In this document: positions 1 through 10,402 of the stretch, one piece after another
Position numbering within the stretch: position 1 is the stretch's first letter
Layout of the letters: the number at the start of each line of letters is the position of its first letter
Source of the DNA: Alphaproteobacteria bacterium
GTDB taxonomy: Bacteria; Pseudomonadota; Alphaproteobacteria; UBA2966
Length of the DNA: 64,000 nucleotides
Assembly: GCA_964291395.2 (NCBI GenBank)
Contig: OZ219856.1
Span: 992,001-1,056,000, forward strand
Direction of reading: 5' to 3'
Translations under genes and position numbers: made by a program
Notes under the pieces: model-generated
Databases searched by the model: none
What the model saw: the letters and a program-made list of their open reading frames with translations, nothing else
What the model was told of the DNA's origin: nothing

Positions 1-2079
1 GAACTCCAGCAGGGGGCCGTAGGTCACGAAGGTGCGCGCGTCGCGAACCGCCTCCATCCAGGCGTCGTAGGTGAACGGCGTATCGTCCGGCAGTCGCGCG
101 TAGGTGCGGATCGTCCCGACGGCCCAGGTGGCGCCCATCTTGTCGGTGCCGCCCACGGCGGGGACGAGATAGCCGTTGTTGAGATAGCGATACCAGTCGG
201 ACAGCGAATAAGGGTCGATGCCATGGTAGAAATCGTCCTGCGAGCACATCTCCACCGCGTCGGCGCGTTCCAGAACGAGCGTCGCGGCGTTTTCCAGCCT
301 CGGGTCGGGGAAATGGGGCAGGACCACCAGCCCTCCCTGGTCCCGGCACTGCTTCGCCCATTCGCTGATCAGAATCTCGACGGGATCTCCCAGGGCGGAT
401 TCGTCGGGCCCCCCGGTGCACAGCGGCGAGATCATGTTCCCGCGGTAGCCGATCAGCGAGATGTGCCCCAGGACGTGCTGGCGGTTCTCCGTGCCGACGC
501 GGACGAGGTGCTCACCGTCACCGCCCGCTTCCCGGGTTCCGAAGGTGGATTTTCCGTCGAAGTCGCCCACGTTGGTCATCAGTTCACCCCACTGGCTGGC
601 GAGGAGATTGACGACGTTGACGCCTTCCGCGGCGCCTTCGAGCATGGCCGTGCCCGGTGACAGGAAGTGAACGTGGGTGTCGGCCGTTACCCAGCCCCGC
701 CTACGCCAATCCAGGACCCTGTCCAACTCGATGGTGATGGTACGGGTGTCGCCGGTCACCTGGACGGTCTTGCGGATCGGTGCGATCTCGAACCCTTTGG
801 TGACCTCCAGAAAGACGTTGCCGAGGGGCAGATTGATCGAAATCTCTCCCGGAATGTAAACGCAGGTGTGCTCGCCGTGACAGAGGTCGGCACCGTAATC
901 CTCGAACCAGGCTGGATTCGGCATTCGATGCCGGTCGAGCGGCGGGAGATACTCGCCGTTGGCGCCATGCACGTGGAGCTTCACGGGAACGGGGATCGTC
1001 GACCCCGTCTCCACCACCCGGAGCTGGACACGTTGGGTTGCGGGCGGGACCCGCCGGATAACCGGATCGGCCGTCGCCGTGGCGTCCTCGAGTCGCGCGA
1101 CGGGAATGCGCTCACCTCCCGAGAGATGGAACCGTGCCTCGTCGTGGGCCGTGAACTCCACGATCACTTCGTCGCTCGCGCGCGTGGGCTGCCGGTTCTG
1201 GCGCGTCTCGGCCCATTTGTCGTTCGGGTAGATCAGCCGCGGCGTCGCGGAGATGACCTGTCCGAGATCGAGCTGGACATGGTCGAGCAGGTCATGCTCG
1301 TCGAATTCGTAAGTCTGGACGACGCTCCGGGGTAGCTTGACGACCGCCTTCCGCCGAGTTCCCCACCGAAGCGGCATGCCCTGCGCGTGTCCGGCGGAAA
1401 CCGCGGAGACGATCACCGTTCCGCTCTTGGGCTCGAAGCCCAGTCCGATCACGGCCTTCTCCGGGTGTGGGTTTTCGAACGCCCACAAGTAGTTGGTCCA
1501 CGGTCCCCGGCCCGGATTGCTCCGCGCGGTCATAGCCCGCTTCTGGCGGCGGCCCCACCGTATCGCCATGGGCTCTTGCGACGGGGGGCGGATCGGGCGA
1601 GGCTTTCCTGCGGGGACCGACCGGGTGCAGTTCTCGCCCCAACGAAAATCGAACGTGCCGATCTCGTGCCGGCGCCGAACGGCGGCCCGTTCGGTAGACC
1701 CGTCACCGTAGAAGAAGACATAATCCGCCGCGTGTTCGCCCAGCTTGCCAATCCCATGCATCGGCGAGACGAAGCCGTGCGCGTTGGCCTCGTCGGGTCT
1801 GGTGTCTGACGTGTGCAGAAACACGAACCAGGCGGCCTTCGTCGGAGAGATGTCCACTCTTGCGAACTCGTCGCGAACGGGCAGTACCTTGCGGATTCGA
1901 AACGGGATGCCCCAGGCGACGCTGTCACCGCCGTGGGCGTGCTCGATCTCCGCGAGCATTTCGGGTGAGACGTGGCGGTCGTCGAGGTCACGGAGATCGA
2001 CCTCTCCGTCAAAATCGATCGGCGAGAAAAGTGAGGAAGCGGGACCATCCTGGATGACGTTCACGGTCAAGACCTCCAT
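1..2079 (-). CDS. CehA/McbA-family metallohydrolase (PHP-like), 3' end runs off the window
   Basis: Missing from the ORF track because it has no stop in the window. Hand translation gives GWVTADTHVHFLS...ENRQHVLGHISL...LPHFP...WYRYLNNG...GGTDKM...RTFVTYGPLLEF. ATG at 2079. Confidence 0.75.
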   Translation of the reverse strand, partial: MEVLTVNVIQDGPASSLFSPIDFDGEVDLRDLDDRHVSPEMLAEIEHAHGGDSVAWGIPFRIRKVLPVRDEFARVDISPTKAAWFVFLHTSDTRPDEANAHGFVSPMHGIGKLGEHAADYVFFYGDGSTERAAVRRRHEIGTFDFRWGENCTRSVPAGKPRPIRPPSQEPMAIRWGRRQKRAMTARSNPGRGPWTNYLWAFENPHPEKAVIGLGFEPKSGTVIVSAVSAGHAQGMPLRWGTRRKAVVKLPRSVVQTYEFDEHDLLDHVQLDLGQVISATPRLIYPNDKWAETRQNRQPTRASDEVIVEFTAHDEARFHLSGGERIPVARLEDATATADPVIRRVPPATQRVQLRVVETGSTIPVPVKLHVHGANGEYLPPLDRHRMPNPAWFEDYGADLCHGEHTCVYIPGEISINLPLGNVFLEVTKGFEIAPIRKTVQVTGDTRTITIELDRVLDWRRRGWVTADTHVHFLSPGTAMLEGAAEGVNVVNLLASQWGELMTNVGDFDGKSTFGTREAGGDGEHLVRVGTENRQHVLGHISLIGYRGNMISPLCTGGPDESALGDPVEILISEWAKQCRDQGGLVVLPHFPDPRLENAATLVLERADAVEMCSQDDFYHGIDPYSLSDWYRYLNNGYLVPAVGGTDKMGATWAVGTIRTYARLPDDTPFTYDAWMEAVRDARTFVTYGPLLEF

Positions 2080-2129
2080 CGCCGGTTTGCCTTCGGATGC
2101 CTGGTGCACCGGCCCTCGTAGTGTAGGCT

Positions 2130-3170
2130 GTGCGCTTTATCGAGAGGAGGTCGATCATCCGCGTTTCGGTCCTTGATCAATCCATTGCCGTCGTCGGACG
2201 ACCGCATGACGAGTCGATCCGCGACACGGTGGCGCTCGCGCAGCTATGCGAGGAACTGGGCTATGCCCGATTCTGGGTGTCCGAGCATCACAGCCATCCG
2301 ACCATCCTCGGGACCGCGCCGGAGATCCTGATCGCGGCGATCGCCGCCAGGACCGGCCGCATCCGTATCGGCAGCGCCGGTGTCATGCTGCCGCATTACT
2401 CCCCGTTCAAGGTCGCGGAGCAGTTCCGGGTGCTCGACGCTCTCGCGCCGGGCCGGATCGACCTGGGGCTGGGCCGGGCGCCGGGATCCGACGGGCGCAC
2501 CGCCTTCGCCCTCAACCCGATGGCCCATGAGCGGGCCGAACACTTTCCCGCCGATGTCCGCGATCTGATGGCCTGGGTCTATGGGGAGCCTTTGCTCGAG
2601 AACCATCCTTTCGGAATGGTCAAGGCGTATCCACAGTCCGACACGGTTCCGGAGGTCTGGATTCTCGGCAGTTCCGATTACGGCGCCCAGCTCGCCGCGC
2701 ATTTCGGATTGCCCTACTGCTTCGCCTGGTTCTTCACCGATGGGCGCGGGGGGCAACGCGCCATCGACCTCTATTTCCGGAATTATCAGCCGAGCGAGCG
2801 TTTTCCCGAGCCGCTCGCCGGGCTCTGCGTCTGGTGCCTCGCCGCGGACACCGACGAAGAGGCACAGCATCACTATACGTCTCGGGCGGTCTGGCAGTTG
2901 TCCCGCGATCGAGGCGTCTTCCTGCCGATGGACTCGCCCGAGGCCGCGGCGGCCCAGCCGCTTGGCGCCCAGGAACGGGCGAGGATCGAGCAGCTGCGCC
3001 GAGAGTCGTTCGTGGGAACGCCCGACGCGGTCGCGGCGCGCGTCAGGGAGCTCGCCGAACGGATCGGCGTGCGGGAGATGGCCATCGTGACCTGGACCCA
3101 TGACGAGGGGGTCCGGCGCCGAAGTTACGAGCTGCTGGCAGGAGCGTTCGGGTTGGGAGATCCGGATTGA
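2130..3170 (+). CDS. Luciferase-like (LLM) flavin-dependent monooxygenase, YhbW/MsnO8-like
   Basis: SVLDQS...RFWVSEHH...GSAGVMLPHYSPFKVAEQF...GRIDLGLGRAPG. The true start may be ATC at 2157. Confidence 0.9.
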   Translation: MRFIERRSIIRVSVLDQSIAVVGRPHDESIRDTVALAQLCEELGYARFWVSEHHSHPTILGTAPEILIAAIAARTGRIRIGSAGVMLPHYSPFKVAEQFRVLDALAPGRIDLGLGRAPGSDGRTAFALNPMAHERAEHFPADVRDLMAWVYGEPLLENHPFGMVKAYPQSDTVPEVWILGSSDYGAQLAAHFGLPYCFAWFFTDGRGGQRAIDLYFRNYQPSERFPEPLAGLCVWCLAADTDEEAQHHYTSRAVWQLSRDRGVFLPMDSPEAAAAQPLGAQERARIEQLRRESFVGTPDAVAARVRELAERIGVREMAIVTWTHDEGVRRRSYELLAGAFGLGDPD

Positions 3171-3176
3171 GCGCTG

Positions 3177-4445
3177 CTAATCGGGCGCGGCCGGCGCCAG
3201 GCGTCGGCACAGCTCCGGCCATCGCCAAGTGACGAGTGCCAAGGCGACCAACCCTTGGATCGCGACGATGGTGACGGCGGACGAGGCGCCGAACCACTCG
3301 GCCAGCAATCCGAGCTGGAGGTAGCCCAAGGGGCTGACACCGATGCACACGACGAGCACGCCCATCAGGCGTCCCCGCAGGTGCGGCGGCGCGGAAGAGA
3401 AGATGACCGCGCTCTGCATCGCGCCGAAGCCCGCGGCCCCGAGGCCGACGATGGGCATCACCAGCGACGACAGCAGCGCCGTGCTCGACAGGCCGAACAT
3501 CAGGATCATGGTCAGTCCCAGCATCGTTCCGTAAAGGTAGATCCTCAGGAACCATGTCGTTCGGGCGAACACGGCGACGAACATGGAGCCGACGAACGCC
3601 CCGGCCCCTTCGGCGCCGGCGAGAAGGCCCACGGCCACCGGGTCCATGCCGAGTACGTCTTTGCCGATCACCGGCACCATGGACAGGAACGGGAAACCGC
3701 AGATGTTGTAGATCACGGTCACCCAGAGAAACCCGACGAGCATGCGGTTCTCCCGAACGAGGCGGACACCCTCGATCAGGTTCCGCAGAAGCGGTGTGCC
3801 GGCCATGGTGCGAGAGGATTCTCCCACGCGGATCGTCAAAAGCAGGCAGATGCCGACCGCATAGAGCGCGGCGCTCGTGACGAAGGCGCCTTCGAGACCG
3901 ATGGTCACCAACAGGACTCCGCCCAGCATGGGACCGAGCAGACGGGTGATGTGGTTGGTCGACGCATCCAGCGCCATGGCGGCGCCGATGCGCGAGAGGC
4001 CCGCGATTTCACCCAGCATGATGCGACGAACCGGCATGTCGGCTGCCTGCAGACAGCCGCTCAGGATCACGCCGATGGACAGGTGCCATATCTCGATCGC
4101 ACCGAGATGGATCAGAGCGCCGAGAACCAGCGAGACCGGGATCATCGCTCCGAGCATCGCCAGGAGGAGCCGGCGCGGACCCACCCTCTCCGCGAGCAGG
4201 GCCACCCAGAACCCGACCACCGACATCGGGACCATGCGGATCAACAGGAGGAACGAGACGATGAGAGGCGAGCCCGTCAGATCGAAGGCGAACACGCCGA
4301 TCGCCAGGACCTCGAGCCAGCGTATGACGGCGACGATGGCCCCCGTGAGCCACAACGCGAAGAAAGTGCGCTCACCCATCAGGGCGAGGGGGTTGGAGCG
4401 CGGTGCGGCCGCGGGGCCGTCGGATGGCGTTGCGGAATCGGTCAA
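3177..4445 (-). CDS. MFS transporter
   Basis: About 12 hydrophobic segments and motif A-like LAERVGPRR. TTG start. Confidence 0.85.
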   Translation of the reverse strand: MTDSATPSDGPAAAPRSNPLALMGERTFFALWLTGAIVAVIRWLEVLAIGVFAFDLTGSPLIVSFLLLIRMVPMSVVGFWVALLAERVGPRRLLLAMLGAMIPVSLVLGALIHLGAIEIWHLSIGVILSGCLQAADMPVRRIMLGEIAGLSRIGAAMALDASTNHITRLLGPMLGGVLLVTIGLEGAFVTSAALYAVGICLLLTIRVGESSRTMAGTPLLRNLIEGVRLVRENRMLVGFLWVTVIYNICGFPFLSMVPVIGKDVLGMDPVAVGLLAGAEGAGAFVGSMFVAVFARTTWFLRIYLYGTMLGLTMILMFGLSSTALLSSLVMPIVGLGAAGFGAMQSAVIFSSAPPHLRGRLMGVLVVCIGVSPLGYLQLGLLAEWFGASSAVTIVAIQGLVALALVTWRWPELCRRLAPAAPD

Positions 4446-4535
4446 CGTCGCACGTGATTGAGCGGATAGGGCAAGAGCGTTATCAAGCGTTGTATCCGTT
4501 TGCCATGACCGTCGTCGACATCAGGAAGGCTTGAA

Positions 4536-6227
4536 ATGCCCAAGACGAGCGAGCGCGTGGTCGAGACGTTGATCGACGCAGGGGTCACGCACGCTTTCAC
4601 CCTTCCGGGCCTTGGCATCACCTGGTCCTTGCCGGCGTTCAACGCGCGCCGCAGCGCGATCGACGTGGTGCTGACCCGGAGTGAATGGATCGCCTCGATC
4701 ATGGCCCAGGCGACCGGGCGCCTCACCGGCCGCCCCGCGGTTCTGATGGGGCAGGGGCCGTGGATCACGACCATCGGCGGCGCCGGTATCCTGGAAGCGC
4801 ATTTCTCCGGCTCGCCCATGCTCGTACTGACCGAAACGTCGGATTACGACGGGTTCGGGCAACAGGGCGTTTATCAGACGATGACCGGTGACTACGGCGG
4901 CGCCGACGCCATGGCATCGCTGAAGCCGATCACCAAGTACTGCACCTACGCGACGTCACCGGCGGAAGCGGTGTACGGGACGCAGATGGCGATCAAGCAC
5001 GCCACCCTGCCGCGCCAGGGCCCGGCGGCCGTCGTCATGAAAACGCCGATCATCCGCCAGGAAGTCGATGAGCCGACGAAACCGGTGCTCTACCCCACCG
5101 AGGGATATCTCGGATACGTTCCCGCCAGGCCCGACCGGGACGCGGTCGCCGCCCTGGCCACGCGGATCGATACGGCGGAACGGCCGGTGATCATCGCCGG
5201 CAACGGGGTCATGGCCGCCAACGCCGGTTCCGGGCTGCAGGCACTCGCCGAGACGGCGGGGGTCGCGGTCGCGACGAGTTACAACGCCAAGGGCGTAATC
5301 GCCGAGACCTCGGACATCGCGGTCGGCATGCTCGGGACCTGGGGCGCACCGACGGCCAATCGAGCCGTGTCGAGGGCCGACCTCGTCGTGATGATCGGGG
5401 CCAGCATGGGGCCCGACTACACCCGGTTCCGCGACCCGGAGTTGATCCGTCCTGGCGAGCAGACGCTGGTGCAGGTGGATATCGATCCCCGCAACGCCGG
5501 CTGGGTCTATCCCGTCGACACGGCCATTACCGGCGATGCCGGTGATGTCGTCGCCCTGCTGGCCGAGATCGGTCTCTCGGCCGCGGCGCGCGAGCCACGG
5601 GTGGCCGAGATCGCCGACCTCAAGCGGCGAACGGGTTACGACCGCCTGCCGCGCCCGTCGGCGAAGCAGGGCACGGTGCATCACGCCGATATCGTAGCGA
5701 GCCTGCAGGCTTTTCTTGGCGAGGACGATTTCCTGACGCTGGACGCAGGTGCCAACCGGATCTGGAGCACCTTCGGACTCCGCATGCCGCATCCCCAGCA
5801 ACTCCTGGTTCCCGGCGGAACGGGCATCATGGGATGGGGCCCGCCGGCGGCCCTGGCGGCGAAGCTCGTCGATCGCCGCAAACGCGTGACGTGCCTCGCC
5901 GGTGACGGCGGGTTCATGATGACCCTGCAGGTGGTCACGACGTGCGTTCAGGAAGACGCGGATGTGGTTTTCCTCATCGGCAACAACGCGGGCCTCGGCA
6001 TGGTCCGGGACAATCTCGCCGAAAACCGTATCGCGGTCGATTTCGAAGACGTCGATTTCGCCAAGGCGGTCGAAGGTCTCGGCGGGAAAGGGCTTACCGT
6101 TCACCATCCGGATGAGATCGGCGATGCGCTCGATGAAGCCCACGGAATCGGCGGTCCCGTCGTGATCGACGCCAAGGTCGATCCCGACGCCAGTCACCAC
6201 GAAGCGGTGGATGATGCGCCGTTGTAG
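4536..6227 (+). CDS. Thiamine pyrophosphate-dependent enzyme (acetolactate synthase-like)
   Basis: GVTHAFTLPG, conserved Glu in RSEWIA, TPP motif AGDGGF...NN. AGGAAGG SD. Confidence 0.9.
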   Translation: MPKTSERVVETLIDAGVTHAFTLPGLGITWSLPAFNARRSAIDVVLTRSEWIASIMAQATGRLTGRPAVLMGQGPWITTIGGAGILEAHFSGSPMLVLTETSDYDGFGQQGVYQTMTGDYGGADAMASLKPITKYCTYATSPAEAVYGTQMAIKHATLPRQGPAAVVMKTPIIRQEVDEPTKPVLYPTEGYLGYVPARPDRDAVAALATRIDTAERPVIIAGNGVMAANAGSGLQALAETAGVAVATSYNAKGVIAETSDIAVGMLGTWGAPTANRAVSRADLVVMIGASMGPDYTRFRDPELIRPGEQTLVQVDIDPRNAGWVYPVDTAITGDAGDVVALLAEIGLSAAAREPRVAEIADLKRRTGYDRLPRPSAKQGTVHHADIVASLQAFLGEDDFLTLDAGANRIWSTFGLRMPHPQQLLVPGGTGIMGWGPPAALAAKLVDRRKRVTCLAGDGGFMMTLQVVTTCVQEDADVVFLIGNNAGLGMVRDNLAENRIAVDFEDVDFAKAVEGLGGKGLTVHHPDEIGDALDEAHGIGGPVVIDAKVDPDASHHEAVDDAPL

Positions 6228-6272
6228 TTCGTGAACGTCCGTTCACCCGTATCGCATATCTCTACCGCCGTC

Positions 6273-6292
6273 GGGAGAGGGACGGGGTGGGG
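6273..6292. repeat. Degenerate REP-like element (GGGAGAGGGACGGGGTGGGG), with a related inverted copy near 16371-16388
   Basis: Resembles the CCCTCTCCC..GGGAGAGGG.CGGGGTG.GGG intergenic repeats of GC-rich proteobacteria. Both copies are intergenic. Confidence 0.35.
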
Positions 6293-6505
6293 AACCGCTC
6301 ACGCGTCGAGGCACTTCACCGCTTGAAGAGGGTGTTAGGTGGCCCTCTGGTTAGTGTCGTTCTTCGTCCTATCCTTCTTCGGCCTGATTCGCACGAATTG
6401 GAGCCCCGAGGGCCAGGAGTCATCCCCGCCCCTGCTTCGCTCGTCCGCTGCCGCCGGGGTCCCCACGATACGCCGGCTCCGCTCCAGTACGGGCCAATTT
6501 CGAGC

Positions 6506-7570
6506 TCAAGCCTGTCTGCGTGCTCGCCGCTCGTCGCGTTCGGCAGGAACGGCCGGCCGAACGGCGTACAATTGCACCTGCCGCGATTTGCCCTTGAGCG
6601 CCGCCATCGGCATGGGTTCGCTTTCGACCCCGTCCGGCAGAGCGATCAGGGCCAGCGCTTCGGCTGAAACGAGAAAGTCCCTGTCGAACTCGCGACAGGA
6701 TTGTTCGATCCGAGCCGTGGTATTGACCGTGTCACCGAGCAGCACGATCTCGAGCCTGCTATCGCCCATTTCGCCGACCACCACCGGCCCCGCATGCAGG
6801 GCGGCGCGAAAGTCCGGCACCACCCCGAAATGGCTCCGGTACTCCTGGCCGCGGGCCATGATCCGGGCACGCAGGCGGAAAACGACCTCCACTGCCCTGA
6901 AAAGGTCGCACGTCTCGTCGACGCGCCAGGTGATGATCGCTTCGTCGCCGACATAGCGATAAATCGCACCGCCACTGCCTTCCAGAGCCGCACCGATGTC
7001 ATAGACGAACTGGTTCATCAGCGCGAGAAACCGGGTCGCCCCGATGCGCTCTGCGATCGCTGTGGAGCCGACCAGATCGATGAATAGTAGGGCGCGCTGC
7101 TCATCTCTGGGCGAGTGATAGCGTCCGAGCAGGAAGTTCCGCAGCACACCGGGTCCGATCAGGCGGTTCAAGGTTAGAACCGAGACGACCGAGAACCCGA
7201 CGGAGAAGGAGAACAAGACGGTCCACCAAAAGTTGGCGCCGGACAACAGTTCCCCTCCCGCACCCCAGAACCAGACGCGAGAGAGCTGCGTCGCGACGAA
7301 GGTCCAGGCGAACCAGACCGCGAACCGGATGACGACGAAGCGTGAAAAGGGCCAGCGCCGGAAGCCAGCGCCGAGCATGCTGTTCACGAAAAACAGCTCG
7401 AAGGTGAAAATCGGCAGCCCTATCAAGGCGGCGGTGCCGACCGAGGTGCCGGCGTTGTGCCAGGAAAAGCCGGCACCCAAGGTTGCGCCGAACAGGACAC
7501 TGGCCGCGAAGATCACCAGCATGGTCGCGCCCATCAGGCGCAGGCGGGACAGGAAGGCTTTTCTGCTCAT
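6506..7570 (-). CDS. Membrane-anchored class III adenylate/guanylate cyclase
   Basis: N-terminal TM helices, then LFIDLVGST, YVGDE, GDTVNTTARIE. Start uncertain (7570 or 7603). Confidence 0.9.
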   Translation of the reverse strand: MSRKAFLSRLRLMGATMLVIFAASVLFGATLGAGFSWHNAGTSVGTAALIGLPIFTFELFFVNSMLGAGFRRWPFSRFVVIRFAVWFAWTFVATQLSRVWFWGAGGELLSGANFWWTVLFSFSVGFSVVSVLTLNRLIGPGVLRNFLLGRYHSPRDEQRALLFIDLVGSTAIAERIGATRFLALMNQFVYDIGAALEGSGGAIYRYVGDEAIITWRVDETCDLFRAVEVVFRLRARIMARGQEYRSHFGVVPDFRAALHAGPVVVGEMGDSRLEIVLLGDTVNTTARIEQSCREFDRDFLVSAEALALIALPDGVESEPMPMAALKGKSRQVQLYAVRPAVPAERDERRARRQA

Positions 7571-8001
7571 CGGCTCAACGTTCGCTGTCGGGAGGTTAGG
7601 CATGGAGCGGACATGTCGATCGGTGCACGGTACCGCATCGGCTGGCGGCTGATCCCGACGATGCGCGGCGATCCGGGCTTCGAGGTCAATCTCGACGCCC
7701 GGATCGCCCCTGGATGATCGAGAAAATGCCCGATGTCGTGTGGGCGAAACTCCGTTCGTTGCGCCAAGGCGCGGACATCGCAAGCAAGCGGCTCCAGGTC
7801 TAGCGGCCCTGACCACTCGAAATACGTTTACATCGTTGAGGCAGAAACCTGGCCACTCGCTTGCGTGGGGACTTGGATTGGCAACCACGGCTTGGCGGTG
7901 CTGGACCGATAATGCACACAGGGTCCGCACGCCCAACCCACCCTCTTGTACGCATTCGATTTTGCGGACGGCACTTGGCGGTTCAGGTCCCGCTTGAGCG
8001 C

Positions 8002-8967
8002 TTAACTTTGGGCGACCTCCTCGAAGCCGGCCTGTGTCTTGAGGGGCGTGCCTTTCCGCTCGGGCGTTGGAACCGCCTTCAGAGTACCGAGAGGAAGGCG
8101 GGTCATGCGGGCCGCAGCTTCGTCGATGTCGGGACGCGAGCGCTGCATTCCGCTCGGCGCCGCGAGCTCATGTCCGTTGTCCAGTACCGACTTGGGGTCG
8201 TCTCCGTTGACGAAACCCAGGAATGGGCCGCCGAAGTCATAACCGATGAGCCTCTGGAGGGGCTCGGGATACTCGCGGGCGACCTCCGGTGGGTTGGCCA
8301 GATATTGGTTCTCCTCCTGGCGCAGCCAGCCCGCGGAGTATTGGAGGGTGAGGCCCGTGCGTCCCGTGTTTGACCGGTTCCGGCCACCCCCGTGCCACAT
8401 GCCGCCGAGATAGAGCAGCACCGAACCCGCCGGCATCTCGGCAATGAACATCTCGTCTTCGTAGGGTTGCCGATCCTGCTCCCACAAATGACTGCCCGGC
8501 ACGAGCCGCGTGGCGCCGTTGGCCTCCGTGAAATCGGTCAGCGCCCACATCGTCGGCAACAGGATGGCGGGGTAGGGGTGCTCGAACGGATAGAGCAACG
8601 TATCGCGGTGGAGGGTCTGCTCCGATTCGCCCGGCTCGATGTGGATCACGCCGGCAACGTTGAGCTGATAGCGTGCGCAATGGTGCAACAGGATCTCATC
8701 GGCGACAGCCATGACGGTTGGGTGAATGACGAGGTCTCGCGCCGCCGGTGACCGCTGCAGGACCCTTCCAAAGCGTTTCGTATGGTGGCCGAGCCACTCG
8801 TTCTCACCGTACGGTGTCGTCTCGAGGAATTGGGTCAGCTCTTTCCGCGCGCCAGAGGCTTCCGTGCACGCGAGGTTTTCGATGATCGCGTATCCGTCCC
8901 GGTCGACGAGTTCGGCGATCTGGTTTGCCGGTGTGTCCGGCGTGACGACATTGGGCCCAGCGGTCAC
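8002..8967 (-). CDS. Phytanoyl-CoA dioxygenase (PhyH) family Fe(II)/2OG dioxygenase
   Basis: LHRD...WALTDFTEANGATRLVPGSH...WHGGGRN...WLRQEENQYL. GTG at 8967 follows GAGGGG. Confidence 0.9.
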   Translation of the reverse strand: MTAGPNVVTPDTPANQIAELVDRDGYAIIENLACTEASGARKELTQFLETTPYGENEWLGHHTKRFGRVLQRSPAARDLVIHPTVMAVADEILLHHCARYQLNVAGVIHIEPGESEQTLHRDTLLYPFEHPYPAILLPTMWALTDFTEANGATRLVPGSHLWEQDRQPYEDEMFIAEMPAGSVLLYLGGMWHGGGRNRSNTGRTGLTLQYSAGWLRQEENQYLANPPEVAREYPEPLQRLIGYDFGGPFLGFVNGDDPKSVLDNGHELAAPSGMQRSRPDIDEAAARMTRLPLGTLKAVPTPERKGTPLKTQAGFEEVAQS

Positions 8968-9085
8968 GGTCTCAACCCCTCGAGGTGATTGTGTTCTCAA
9001 GCCATGAGAGTATCACGACCGCTGCACCCTCTTTGAGGACTCGTGGGCCAGCGCCGGATGCATTGCATGATATTCGATCATTTTC

Positions 9086-10402
9086 GTGAGCGAGAGTGGA
9101 ATGCATCAAGGAGGCGATGATCGACATCCCGGTCCTGCGGATCCCGATGCCCCGGCATGTCCCGTGAGCGGACCGTCCGCTTTCCGGGTCTGGGGGATCG
9201 TCGCTCTCTGTTTCTGCGCGCTCGGTCTTACCTTCGCCGCACGGTCGTCGGTCGGCGTGCTGATGCCGATATGGGAGGTCGACCTCGGCTGGTCGCGCGG
9301 GCTGAGTTCGACGGGAAGCTCGCTGGTGCTGCTGATAATGGCGCTGATCTCGCCCATCGCGGGCGACATCATCGACCGCGTCGGGCCGCGCCATGTCTTC
9401 GCCGGCGGGCTCGTCTTCATGGGCGGTGCGATCGCAGCCAGCTCGCAGATCTCGCGGGAGTGGGAATTTCTGGTTCTGTTCGGGGTGATCGGCGGCATCG
9501 GTCACGGGGCGATCTCGCTGCCGTTGGTCACCACGATGATGGCGCAGCTGCTGAAGCGCCATAGCGGGCTTGTCACCGGTTTCGCGCTGTCGGGCTCGAC
9601 GGCGGGCCAGCTTCCGGTGCTCACCCTTCTCGCACTCCTGGTCACCATGCTGGGCTGGCGCGACGCCTATCTGAGCTTCGGTTTCGGCCTCCTCGCCCTG
9701 ATCCCGCTGGCCTGGCTGATGCTCAAGGGCGTGGGCGGCGAACCGCGCGCCCAGGCCGAACACCAGACGGATGCCGCCACGCTCCGGGCACGGCTCGGGG
9801 TCCTGGCACGCAACCGGACCTTCGTCCTGCTCACGTGCTCCTACGTTCTCTGCGGCTTCACCACCGGCGGCGTGTTCGACGTCCATTTCGTTCCATACGC
9901 GGTGAGCTGCGGCTTCGCCCTGGTCGACTCGACAGCGGCGCACGGCGCGCACGGCATGGGGAACATGATGGGGCTGATCCTGTTCGGCTGGCTGTCCGAC
10001 CGGGTGCATCGGGCGCGGCTGCTCGCAGCGATGTACGCCGCCCGCGCCCTCCTGTTCATCCTGCTGCTGAACACGACGGGAAATCTGACCCTGCTGTTCC
10101 TCTTCACCGTCGCCTTCGGCATCCTCAACTTCGCCACGCTCGCCCCCATCGCGAGCCTGATCGCCTCGCATGTCGGGATCCGCATGATGGGGCTGTCGAC
10201 GGGGCTGCTGTTTTGCGGACATTCGATCGGCGCCGCCGCGGGCGCGATATTCGGCGGCTATTTCTACGACCTCACCGCGCGATACGAAGGGGTGTGGTTG
10301 ATCGCACTGGGCCTCGCCCTGTTCGCCGCACTGCTCGCCACCCTGGTGCGCGAGGAACCGGACGGGAACAGGCCCCGGCTGGGCGTTGCCACGGCGGTCT
10401 GA
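9086..10402 (+). CDS. MFS transporter (OFA/MCT-like)
   Basis: GDIIDRVGPR and GWLSDRVHR motifs; 12-TM pattern. Confidence 0.85.
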   Translation: MSESGMHQGGDDRHPGPADPDAPACPVSGPSAFRVWGIVALCFCALGLTFAARSSVGVLMPIWEVDLGWSRGLSSTGSSLVLLIMALISPIAGDIIDRVGPRHVFAGGLVFMGGAIAASSQISREWEFLVLFGVIGGIGHGAISLPLVTTMMAQLLKRHSGLVTGFALSGSTAGQLPVLTLLALLVTMLGWRDAYLSFGFGLLALIPLAWLMLKGVGGEPRAQAEHQTDAATLRARLGVLARNRTFVLLTCSYVLCGFTTGGVFDVHFVPYAVSCGFALVDSTAAHGAHGMGNMMGLILFGWLSDRVHRARLLAAMYAARALLFILLLNTTGNLTLLFLFTVAFGILNFATLAPIASLIASHVGIRMMGLSTGLLFCGHSIGAAAGAIFGGYFYDLTARYEGVWLIALGLALFAALLATLVREEPDGNRPRLGVATAV

